DNA from: a virus
Taxonomy: Duplodnaviria; Caudoviricetes
Direction: 5' to 3' (one strand)
Length of the DNA: 27,895 nt
IMG/VR virus record: IMGVR_UViG_3300032219_000543
Span: 1-27,895 of that record
The position numbers and the translations under genes were made by a program. Below are positions 7,758 to 16,559 of this stretch, piece by piece; position 1 is the stretch's first letter; every line of letters begins with the position of its first letter. The notes beneath the pieces are model-generated. The model saw only the letters and a program-made list of their open reading frames with translations. It was not told where the DNA came from and ran no database searches.

Positions 7758-7902
7758 CGAGGTTGACTACGAACTACTCATGGATATGCAGGACTTACTA
7801 GTTCAAAACTATCCAGGGTGGACACTAAATGAAATACGTAACTTAAGCATTAGAGAACGTATAAATTGGCTAGATAGAGCTACGGCTAGAATAAGGCGGT
7901 GA
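7750..7902 (+). CDS. Second tail-chaperone segment (gpT/gp51/DUF6760-like), probably reached by frameshift or from ATG 7780
   Basis: The +1 frame reads FANEVDYELLMDMQDLLVQNYPGWTLNEIRNLSIRERINWLDRATARIRR*. It has the W...EI..L...ER..W signature and fills the gap before the tape measure. Confidence 0.7.
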   Translation, partial: FANEVDYELLMDMQDLLVQNYPGWTLNEIRNLSIRERINWLDRATARIRR

Positions 7903-7907
7903 TGTAA

Positions 7908-10304
7908 ATGGCAGGTGCAATCGGAAATATGGAGAACCCTTCCGATGCTGAGTCCACCTCTCTTTCATCTATGGGTAGTGACGTTGAGTTTGAAGGAATG
8001 CCTAAAGGTTTTATTAAATACTTTAAGGAAGCTAAAAAACTTGTAGACCAAATTGCCGATGAGTGGACTAAGGTTCTTAAAGATACCGAAGCTGCTACAA
8101 ATAAGCTAGGGTCTAATAGCCCAGGCGGTGGACGCCTTGGTCTTGGTTCGTTTACCCGTGCTGAAAAAGTCGGAATGGGTGTTGGCCTAGCAGGATTTGG
8201 TGCAGCTACATATATGGGTGTAGCACCTAACACTATGTCCGCAGTTACACAACGTATGGGTGCAGATACTTATGCCGGCCTTAGTGGCATGTCTTCACGT
8301 CAAGCAATTACGCAAGCTAATCGCCAAGTAGGTGGTGGCGCAACAAGCGCTATGGGTCCAACCATGGCTGCAATGAATTTAACCTATCAAGGTGGTTACA
8401 CAGCTAACTCATTAAGCTCTAAAAACATCATGGCACAGCTTGGTGGTATGAGCGCCATGTCTGGTATGAGTAACGAAATGGCTGCTGCAAGCGTAGCAGG
8501 AATGAACGGCATGAGTTTCTTACGTGCCGGTGTTCAGATTCGTGATGCTCAAGGCAATCTAAAACCACCTAACACAATTATTAATGATGTATACCGCTTT
8601 TTATACCGCGGACAAAAGATTACAAAACAACAGGCTGCTCTTGTATTAAACCCTGGAAGTAAGGGTTACGCAACTCTTCAGCAAATTACTGGTGGCGATC
8701 AACAGCTAATGCAGATGATTCAATCAGGAATTATTGCACGTGCTAGCGCAGGTAGCGACAGTAAGTTTAGCTCTGCAATGAATAGCAAAGATCCAAATTC
8801 AATGCTTAACGTATTGGGTGTAGATAAAAGCTCTCCTATTCGTTCTAATTTTAGATTTAACTCTAGTGAAAATAGAAAACTTGAGTCAACTGAAGAAGGT
8901 TTAGTTGGCGGATACAACGTATCTCTTCGTACCACTGCATCTCTTAATGATGCCTACAGTGTTATGGCAGATACTCTTGGCCCTGTCAATGATGGTTTAA
9001 TGACTCTTAAGGGAATTTTACAAACTCTTCCTAACGCAGGAAATATGGGCGGAGCTATTTCCGGTTTTATTGGAGCATTAGCGGGCCTTGCATCAACTAT
9101 CATACAGGTAACTCTAGTAAGCAGGTTGCTTGGTGGTGCAGGTGCTGCAGGACTTCTTGGTAAAGGTGCAGGATTAGCCACCGGAGCAGCAGCTCTTGGA
9201 GCTGGTGCTATAGCAGGTTTAGGAGCAGGCGCTGTAGGTTATGGAACCGGTAAAGCCGGTAAAGCACTTGGAAATAAAATTGGAGCGTCTAACACAACAA
9301 CTCGTGTTGGAAGCACACTTGCGGGTATGGGTACCGGTGCAGCAATTGGTGCGGGTGTTGGATCAGTAGTTCCTGTACTTGGTACTGGTATCGGTGCAGT
9401 AGTTGGAACTGTTGTTGGAGGTGTTGCAGGATTCTTTGGTTCTGGTGGTCCACACGATCACGGTAACTTAGGTGTTGGCGGCCCTAATGAGAATGCTACT
9501 CCAACTCCATATGCTAGCCCTGTTCCAAAAGCAACACCGATTACTTCTCCATTTGGTCCAAGAGATAATTCTCAGAACCCACAAATTTCTTCTAACCATA
9601 AAGGTATAGACTTTGGTACACCGTCAGGTACTGCACTAACAGCTATTACAGAAGGAGTTGTTAGTAAAATAGGTAATGAAGCTAAGGGTTATGGACAGTG
9701 GATTGAAGTAACACACGAAGATGGTACCGCATCTCGTTATGCACACATGTCTCAAATTAATGTAACTAGAGGACAAAAAGTTACAGCAGGACAAGTACTT
9801 GGTAGATCTGGCGGAAAGAAAGGCCAGACAGGTGCCGGTAACTCTACCGGTGCACACCTTCACTTTGAAATTCTTGATGAAAAAGGTGTTAAGGTTGATC
9901 CCGCACCATACTTAAGTGGTGCTCCAGCATCCCCTATGAATGGAAATATGACTGCTTCTGCAACAGCTGGTCCTAAAGCAATTGGGTCAGACTCTATGTG
10001 GGCGGCTAAAAAAGCTGCTACTAAAGCTAATTTTAGAGGCAAAACAGGAAAACAACTTTCTAGTCCTTCTTTAACTACATCATTAAGCTCCGCAGGATTT
10101 AATGAAGATGTTGGTGGACCTTCAGCTGCAATGAACGTTGGCGTAGCTGGTTCATCAGGAGATTCTAAGAATGTTGTTATTAACCTACAGATGAAGGTAA
10201 ACATTGCTCAAGGCAGTGTACAAGAAGCAGATCGTCTAGTAAGACTAGTTGGTAAGAAACTTACTGATAGTAACGTACTGAAGCAGATTGGAAGTTCTCT
10301 TTAA
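7908..10304 (+). CDS. Tape measure protein with a C-terminal M23 peptidase
   Basis: Ala/Gly/Met-rich helical body, glycine-zipper hydrophobic stretch, then ITSPFGPR..HKGIDF..YAHM..GNSTGAHLHFE (M23 HxxxD/HxH zinc ligands). Confidence 0.9.
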   Translation: MAGAIGNMENPSDAESTSLSSMGSDVEFEGMPKGFIKYFKEAKKLVDQIADEWTKVLKDTEAATNKLGSNSPGGGRLGLGSFTRAEKVGMGVGLAGFGAATYMGVAPNTMSAVTQRMGADTYAGLSGMSSRQAITQANRQVGGGATSAMGPTMAAMNLTYQGGYTANSLSSKNIMAQLGGMSAMSGMSNEMAAASVAGMNGMSFLRAGVQIRDAQGNLKPPNTIINDVYRFLYRGQKITKQQAALVLNPGSKGYATLQQITGGDQQLMQMIQSGIIARASAGSDSKFSSAMNSKDPNSMLNVLGVDKSSPIRSNFRFNSSENRKLESTEEGLVGGYNVSLRTTASLNDAYSVMADTLGPVNDGLMTLKGILQTLPNAGNMGGAISGFIGALAGLASTIIQVTLVSRLLGGAGAAGLLGKGAGLATGAAALGAGAIAGLGAGAVGYGTGKAGKALGNKIGASNTTTRVGSTLAGMGTGAAIGAGVGSVVPVLGTGIGAVVGTVVGGVAGFFGSGGPHDHGNLGVGGPNENATPTPYASPVPKATPITSPFGPRDNSQNPQISSNHKGIDFGTPSGTALTAITEGVVSKIGNEAKGYGQWIEVTHEDGTASRYAHMSQINVTRGQKVTAGQVLGRSGGKKGQTGAGNSTGAHLHFEILDEKGVKVDPAPYLSGAPASPMNGNMTASATAGPKAIGSDSMWAAKKAATKANFRGKTGKQLSSPSLTTSLSSAGFNEDVGGPSAAMNVGVAGSSGDSKNVVINLQMKVNIAQGSVQEADRLVRLVGKKLTDSNVLKQIGSSL

Positions 10305-12067
10305 TGGCTACCTATTACTACGCAAATGTTAAGCGCTATCAAGATGAAGAAGGTAGACTTGAGGCTCAGTATATAATGAGTAACTCACGTATTACTGCTG
10401 CTAACCATAAAACAAATACTAAGTATTATGTTTATTATTTAATTGAGGTATACGCTACTACTATTAGTAACTTTGCTACTTGGGTAGCTACAGGTTCTGA
10501 TGGAACTTTTGCTGGACAGCTTGTCTCTCCTAACTCAGGTACTAATGAAAACAACGGATTAGCTGCAGGTTTAACTACAAGCACTACTGCTAGCGCAAAC
10601 ACTAGTGCTGCTCAAGTTGGCTTTGTTAATCAGGGTGCCCTAACAAACGATAACGGACGTTTAAAAGTTAGCTTTAGTCGTAAGAGTGGGGCTACAAATA
10701 CAAACGTAATAGCTACACCTACAGTAGCAATTCAATGGAAAAGCGATGCTAGTCCTAACTGGACAAAGATCGCTGATAATAGAATAAATTGGGGAACCCC
10801 AAATAACGCAGTTCCTAGTATTACTTGGACAACTGTAGTTACTGCCCCTGTTTTTCCTTTTGTAGCTATACAAGCAGTGATAAAAGGTTTGTACGGAGAA
10901 AACCCTACCTTGCAAAAAAACACTGTGTTAGCACAAAATCAAATTCAAGTTTTAACAAATTATACTTGGGACAAGTGTACTAGCTTGTGGAACTTTGTTG
11001 TAAATTACAAGACTCCACAGTACGGTGGTAAAGGATATCAAGCACACTGGACCTGTACAAAAAATGGCGATATGTGTATTCAAACTTCTAAAGAACCAGC
11101 TGCAAGTATTTTGTCTTCAAAAACAAAGTTAGCTGACTGGACTAAGAAGAACGTAACTAATAAGATGATTGCTGCTAAATCAAATGCAGCGTGTGGTGAA
11201 ACCTCTAGCGGTAACGGTTTACAAGACATCACTACAGTAACGCCTCCGGCTGGAGAAACTAGGTTTAACCCTCCACCTCACCGTGATGCTAGAGCTATCT
11301 CTTATGGGCAAAGAGTTGCTCATTCACAAAATGATAAGTTTAAAGCCGAACCTGCTGCATTTGCAAAAAAAGAACGTGGAAGAATTTTTCAAGATGTAAA
11401 CAGTGCGGCTGTTTTAAATAAAAATCCAGATAAGTTAAAAGAACTAGCTTCTGCTAAGGGTGCAACTAATCAGTGGGGATTTAGATTTATGTACAACCCA
11501 ACTACATTTAGTTACAGCAGTTCTTCTAATAACTCTGTTGACTGGACACTAGGTGCTAGTGATCCTGCTACCCTACTTACAGGTAACTCTTCAGTTGCTT
11601 TTGAAGTGTACATTAATCGTATTCCGGATTTAAAGTACCTTCGTTTAACAAACCCTAAAGTTCCTCAAAAAGCTATTTATGGAAGAGATTTAACTTCTAC
11701 AGAGGTAGAGGGTATTTTAAATCGCGGTACAGAATACGATATTGAATTCTTATACAGAGTTCTAAATGGCGACCCACTATCTAAGTCACTATTGTTAAAC
11801 TATAACGGTGTAACCTCAGATTTTGGCTATACTACTGGTGTTCCTTGCTGGTTGGTCTTAAATGAAAACTTACGGTATTATGGTTCTGTAGCAAGCTTTC
11901 AAGTAAACCACGCTATGTTTGACCTAAACATGGTGCCAATGTTAACTACTGTTAGTGTTACGTTTGCTCGTTACCCTGCTCTTTGGAATGAAACAGCTGC
12001 ATTTGGAACAGGTGCTTCTGTAGCATCAGTTAAAGAATACATATCTAGTACTGGAAAGGCACCATAA
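10304..12067 (+). CDS. Tube-initiator/baseplate tube-like protein with a long N-terminal extension
   Basis: C-terminal FRFMYNPTT...YYGSVASFQVNHAMFD..MVP...VSVTF matches CIS tube/gp48-like proteins; follows the tape measure. Confidence 0.6.
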   Translation: MATYYYANVKRYQDEEGRLEAQYIMSNSRITAANHKTNTKYYVYYLIEVYATTISNFATWVATGSDGTFAGQLVSPNSGTNENNGLAAGLTTSTTASANTSAAQVGFVNQGALTNDNGRLKVSFSRKSGATNTNVIATPTVAIQWKSDASPNWTKIADNRINWGTPNNAVPSITWTTVVTAPVFPFVAIQAVIKGLYGENPTLQKNTVLAQNQIQVLTNYTWDKCTSLWNFVVNYKTPQYGGKGYQAHWTCTKNGDMCIQTSKEPAASILSSKTKLADWTKKNVTNKMIAAKSNAACGETSSGNGLQDITTVTPPAGETRFNPPPHRDARAISYGQRVAHSQNDKFKAEPAAFAKKERGRIFQDVNSAAVLNKNPDKLKELASAKGATNQWGFRFMYNPTTFSYSSSSNNSVDWTLGASDPATLLTGNSSVAFEVYINRIPDLKYLRLTNPKVPQKAIYGRDLTSTEVEGILNRGTEYDIEFLYRVLNGDPLSKSLLLNYNGVTSDFGYTTGVPCWLVLNENLRYYGSVASFQVNHAMFDLNMVPMLTTVSVTFARYPALWNETAAFGTGASVASVKEYISSTGKAP

Positions 12068-12348
12068 TGATAGAAAGAGTTTCTAGATACTATGACGGTC
12101 CTCTAACTCAGACACCAGATAAATATACTGGAGAGTACTTAATTTCTGTATTCAGACGTTTTCCTAATAGTAAAGAAGTTAACTACATTACTTATACCTG
12201 GAAAGCAGGAGACAGCCTATCAAATCTTTCTGAAGTTTTTGGCGTAGGTGCTAAGTACTGGTGGGAAATTATGGAGATTAATCCAGAAATTCAAGACCCG
12301 TTTGATATTCCAGAAGGCACTCTTTTAAGGGTTCCATATGGCAACTAA
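12067..12348 (+). CDS. LysM/tail-X baseplate protein
   Basis: SRY start and YTWKAGDSLSNLS...WWEIMEINPEI.DP..IPEGTLLRVP. Confidence 0.85.
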   Translation: MIERVSRYYDGPLTQTPDKYTGEYLISVFRRFPNSKEVNYITYTWKAGDSLSNLSEVFGVGAKYWWEIMEINPEIQDPFDIPEGTLLRVPYGN

Positions 12349-13204
12349 TAAACAAACACCTGATCAGAAAAATTTTGTATGGCAGTCTAATGCAAAAGAT
12401 AGTGACTTTACTGCGTCATTTCCTAAAGCTCCAGACATGGAACTAATCTTAATAGGTGCTGAACTTCATCAAGATCCTGACGAGCATGACCGTTTAGTAC
12501 TTAACTATAAAGGTAAGCCAGCTAATAGAAAAGATGCTATTGTATCGGGAGACCCTGTAATTTTTACATATCGTTCAGGTAAACTTAAATCTACTTGGAA
12601 TGGGTACGTTCATCATGTGCGTCAAGATCACTCGCAAAAAGGCGGCAACACAGATATAGTTTGCGTAGGAGCTTCTTGGGTTTTAAAAAACACTGATCAG
12701 AAGATTTATAAAAATGTTACGGCAGATCAAGTTATTTCTAAGATTGTTAAGAAGCACAGTATGGCGGCTGTAACACAGCGCGATCCTAGAGTTCGTGCTC
12801 AAGTATCTCAATCAGGGCAAAGTGATTGGCAACTATGTAGAAGCTTAGCTAAACAAACTGGCTTTGCACTGTTAGCTGAAAATACAACAATTATCTTTGT
12901 ATCTAAGAATAAGATCTATCAAAGTAAAAAAAGTTCTGCACCCTACTTTAACTATGTCGATAATGAAATTGGAGGAGTAGTCCCTGCGTCTCTTCGTATG
13001 ACTGGAACTATTCTTGCATTTGAACCAATAATTTCTGATCAAGCACCGGAAGATGGAAGACGTATTGATAGGGTTGTGAGTGGAGTTAACACTAATACCG
13101 GAGCTGTAGTCAAAGCTACCCATGCACATACGGCACCTACGAAAGGAAACTCCGGTGTGGTTATACCAAACCAGACGTACTTTGCACAAAGGGTGAATAA
13201 ATAA
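12338..13204 (+). CDS. Baseplate hub (gpD/gp27/Mu gp44-like), N-terminal part
   Basis: WNGYVHHV, YKNVTADQVISKI and Q.GQSDWQLCRSLAKQTGF motifs. Confidence 0.8.
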   Translation: MATNKQTPDQKNFVWQSNAKDSDFTASFPKAPDMELILIGAELHQDPDEHDRLVLNYKGKPANRKDAIVSGDPVIFTYRSGKLKSTWNGYVHHVRQDHSQKGGNTDIVCVGASWVLKNTDQKIYKNVTADQVISKIVKKHSMAAVTQRDPRVRAQVSQSGQSDWQLCRSLAKQTGFALLAENTTIIFVSKNKIYQSKKSSAPYFNYVDNEIGGVVPASLRMTGTILAFEPIISDQAPEDGRRIDRVVSGVNTNTGAVVKATHAHTAPTKGNSGVVIPNQTYFAQRVNK

Positions 13205-13818
13205 TGGCTAATTTTTCAACTAATAAGTCTGACGGTAAACAAACCTCTGTCTTTAAAACTCACTATCCTCATGAAGTTGTTAAAGATTTAACTAACTCTA
13301 AACAAATAGCTCAAGCGTATAGTGACACTAAGAGGTATCAACATAGAGCAAAAGTAACTATTGTAGGGCACGCAACTTTACGTCCTTACGACCCTATCTA
13401 CCTAGACGGTCTTCCAAATGGCATGTCTGGTTACTGGACAGTCCTTTCTATAGAGCATATCTTTGGGGGACGGGTAGCAAAATACTTAATGAATATTGAG
13501 GTAGGAACAGATATTATAGGAGATGCAGATTCAAAAGCTAAAGAAAGATCTGATCTTAGAGATGTGCAAAGTGATTTTGCTGAGCAATCTTTAACTACAC
13601 CTGCTTCTAAGCTAGTGGAGTACAACCTGTCTCCCAACGCATCTCCTGTAGACCCAAAATATGGGGTCACCCCTATAACAGCAGTTCAGAACTTGTCTAA
13701 GGTTACTGTTCCAAAAATAACTGGAGCTACAGCTTTTAAAGATTTATCTCCAAATCTAGGTGGGATAAAAAAGACGGTACAATGGTCTTCTACTAGTAGT
13801 GGAAAGGTCTTAAAGTGA
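13204..13818 (+). CDS. Baseplate hub C-terminal beta-barrel encoded as a separate ORF
   Basis: AKVTIVGHATLRPYDPIYLDGL...SGYWTVLSIEH is the usual gpD C-terminal motif. It has its own GGTGA RBS and a TAATG overlap. Confidence 0.7.
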   Translation: MANFSTNKSDGKQTSVFKTHYPHEVVKDLTNSKQIAQAYSDTKRYQHRAKVTIVGHATLRPYDPIYLDGLPNGMSGYWTVLSIEHIFGGRVAKYLMNIEVGTDIIGDADSKAKERSDLRDVQSDFAEQSLTTPASKLVEYNLSPNASPVDPKYGVTPITAVQNLSKVTVPKITGATAFKDLSPNLGGIKKTVQWSSTSSGKVLK

Positions 13819-14411
13819 ATAACGATTCTGAGTATATGATGGACCCTCAAGGTCGTCCTCGTTTTTATGGTATTTATTCTGGGCAAGTGACAAATGTTAA
13901 GGACCCTTTAAAACAAAATAGAATTCAAGTTTTGGTACACGGTCCCACTGGAATTGAGTCACATAACTGGGCTCCAGCGTGTTTGCCGATTACTTCCTCT
14001 TCTTATCATCCAGACCATCAACCGCATACTGCTGCACAAATTGCGGCGTTACTTACAACTACTCCGGTAAGCGTAACGGATTCACGCGGAGACACAGAGA
14101 CTGTGCCAGCACTAACTATTGTTGCAAAAGCTGGCGGTGGTCAACTTAATCATCCACATACCGCTACAAAAACAATGGTAAACAAAGGTGTTGTTGTGTC
14201 TTCTCCTACATCTACGACAGACACTTTAGAGGCCAGCATCTATACTAATGCTAGCGGAATTAGTGCTCCAGGAACTACAAGCTCATCTACTAGTCTTAAA
14301 ACCCCAGAGCACACATTTCATAGGACATTTCCAGCAGTAGCCCAATTAGTATGGGTCATGTTCATAGCAGGAGATCCTGATTACCCAGTATGGATAGGAG
14401 TACAGTCATGA
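13815..14411 (+). CDS. Baseplate spike (gp5/gpV OB-fold) with an internal His-rich insertion
   Basis: FYGIYSGQV...DP...NRIQV.V...WA and P.V...VWVMFIAGDPDYPVWIG halves, separated by about 110 extra residues. Confidence 0.8.
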   Translation: MNNDSEYMMDPQGRPRFYGIYSGQVTNVKDPLKQNRIQVLVHGPTGIESHNWAPACLPITSSSYHPDHQPHTAAQIAALLTTTPVSVTDSRGDTETVPALTIVAKAGGGQLNHPHTATKTMVNKGVVVSSPTSTTDTLEASIYTNASGISAPGTTSSSTSLKTPEHTFHRTFPAVAQLVWVMFIAGDPDYPVWIGVQS

Positions 14412-14803
14412 GCCAAGCAATTAGCTTTCCCTACACTATTAGCCCCTCAGGAGTTGTTCAGACTACTGAATCCGCTTCTAAAATTTATTTAGATAAAGTA
14501 CTAACCTTGTTGTCTTTTTATGTAGGTCAACGACCAATGCAGCCAACCTATGGGGTTGATTGGAGCAGAGCACTATTTGAAAACGACAGCGACGCCCAAA
14601 CTGCCATTCCTATTGCTATTTCCGAAGCGGTCTCAAAATGGATCCCACAGGTTAGCGTAACCGCAGTAGAGTTTGCGGGGGAGAATATCGACGGTACTGA
14701 AAACGTCATAGTGTCTTTAAAGCTTCCAGATGATACACTTACTTCCTTAACCATTAATACTGGAACAATTAACTACAACGGAACTACGACAGCGGGGTAT
14801 TAA
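14408..14803 (+). CDS. gp25/gpW-like baseplate wedge (sheath initiator)
   Basis: AISFPY, GQRPMQPTYG and AVSKWIPQV motifs. ATGA overlap favours the start at 14408. Confidence 0.88.
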   Translation: MSQAISFPYTISPSGVVQTTESASKIYLDKVLTLLSFYVGQRPMQPTYGVDWSRALFENDSDAQTAIPIAISEAVSKWIPQVSVTAVEFAGENIDGTENVIVSLKLPDDTLTSLTINTGTINYNGTTTAGY

Positions 14804-14807
14804 GATA

Positions 14808-16556
14808 ATGCAAATTGACTATACATCTAGAGACTATGCTGCATTAAAAGCAGACTTGATTGACCTAATCAAAGAACGCACTAATACTACTTGGGACCCT
14901 ACTGATTCCTCTGACTTAGGTAACGTGTTGGTTGAAACATTTGCTTATATGGGGGATATTATGTCCCATTACTTAGACCGCATTGCAAACGAAACTACTA
15001 TTGATACAGCTATTCAACGTAAAACTTTGCTTTCTTTTGCAAGCCTTTATGATTATGTGCTTTCAGGACCAACTCCAGCTACAGGATTTGTAACATTTAC
15101 TAACATTAGCGATAACACTTTAGACATTCCAATTGGAACTCAAGTTATGGCTCCTCTTTCTTACGGTGAATATACTGAAGTATATTTTGAAACTACAACC
15201 TCAGCTACAGCAGTGGTTCCAGGCGCGTCAATTTCTCTTCCATGTCAAGAAGGAAAAACAGTAAACACTGATAAGCCAGACTTAATTGACCCCACATTTA
15301 ATATTGCTTTGCCTGCCAATTTAGGTACATCAGACGGTAGAGCAAGTCAAGCATTTACAATTCCTGAACCAGGTGTTGTTAATAAATCTATTACTGTGTA
15401 TGTAGGTCAAGGAGTTGCTTTTGGTACTTGGACATATGTAGATAATTTATTTTCTGCTGGACCTTATGATAAAGTGTTTACTACAGCACCTAATGAGGAC
15501 GGAACCATTGATGTTGTATTTGGTGATAACGTAAACGGTTCTATTCCAGCAAGTGGTCAGCTTATTAGTGCAACCTATAAAGTAAGCGTTGGAGCAGCTG
15601 GAAATATTAAGTCACTTTCTATCACAGAGCTTACATTTTTTCCTGGATCTCTAGACCCACAAATTACTTCTTACTTTACAGTTTCAAATAGCGCTCCTGC
15701 ATCAGGAGGTGCTGATGGAGACAGTGCAGTTGACATTAAAAATAAAATTAAAGCTGCGGTTTCAACAAGACGTAGAGCGGTAACTTTAGATGATTTTGCT
15801 TCTTTAGCAAATCTTGCTGAAGGAGTAGGTAAGTCTAGTGCGGCATCTACTGTATACACTAATGTTAACCTGTACGTTCAGCCTATGAATGATGGTCAAG
15901 CTGCTACAGGCTACCCTCAAGCAAATATTGTTGGTATTTCTACAACAGGCACAGCAGTCACTTTTGCGACAGACGTAGACCATGGTTTTGCTCTTGGAAA
16001 CACTGTTAATATTTCAGGTGTTAATCCTGTTGCGTATAACTTACAAAACGTTGTTATTACAGGAGTTCCTTCATCAGTAACATTTACAGTAGCTAGCACG
16101 GTTACGTCTGCATATGTTGCAGGTGGGTTAGCAATTTCTTTAACTCCAACGTCAGCTTGGACTAACCTTTCCTACGATGTTCAAAGCTATATGGCAGATA
16201 AAATTTTAGCAGGCACAACCCTAACTGTATTGCCCCCAACCTATGTACCTATTTATCTAACAGCAACTGTTGTAGCTGACTCAGCATGGAAAAATGCGGA
16301 TGTAAAACTAGCTATTTACCAGGCAATGCTTGGTGAAAACGGGCTGTTCTATTACAATAATAATACCTTTGGTAGGACAATTCCTTTGTCTACAGTTACT
16401 GCGGCTATTCAAAATGTTAAGGGAGTAAGTTCTGCTACTGTAACTCAGTTGTCTAAAGATGCTTCTGGTTCATTAGGTAATATTTCACTAGCAGCAAATG
16501 AAATTCCATATCTCTTGTCTACTAGTTTGGTTACTACAGTTTCTGGTGGTATCTAA
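14808..16556 (+). CDS. Baseplate J / gp6-like wedge protein
   Basis: IDYTSRDY, D.G..LVE.FAYMGD, FGDNVNGSIP, GGAD and RAVTLDDF motifs. Confidence 0.93.
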   Translation: MQIDYTSRDYAALKADLIDLIKERTNTTWDPTDSSDLGNVLVETFAYMGDIMSHYLDRIANETTIDTAIQRKTLLSFASLYDYVLSGPTPATGFVTFTNISDNTLDIPIGTQVMAPLSYGEYTEVYFETTTSATAVVPGASISLPCQEGKTVNTDKPDLIDPTFNIALPANLGTSDGRASQAFTIPEPGVVNKSITVYVGQGVAFGTWTYVDNLFSAGPYDKVFTTAPNEDGTIDVVFGDNVNGSIPASGQLISATYKVSVGAAGNIKSLSITELTFFPGSLDPQITSYFTVSNSAPASGGADGDSAVDIKNKIKAAVSTRRRAVTLDDFASLANLAEGVGKSSAASTVYTNVNLYVQPMNDGQAATGYPQANIVGISTTGTAVTFATDVDHGFALGNTVNISGVNPVAYNLQNVVITGVPSSVTFTVASTVTSAYVAGGLAISLTPTSAWTNLSYDVQSYMADKILAGTTLTVLPPTYVPIYLTATVVADSAWKNADVKLAIYQAMLGENGLFYYNNNTFGRTIPLSTVTAAIQNVKGVSSATVTQLSKDASGSLGNISLAANEIPYLLSTSLVTTVSGGI

Positions 16557-16559
16557 TAA

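Noticed and set aside
13190-13210. Hub gene as a pseudogene or frameshift error
   Set aside because: The clean TAATG coupling and dedicated RBS argue for two real genes, though read data are needed to exclude an error.
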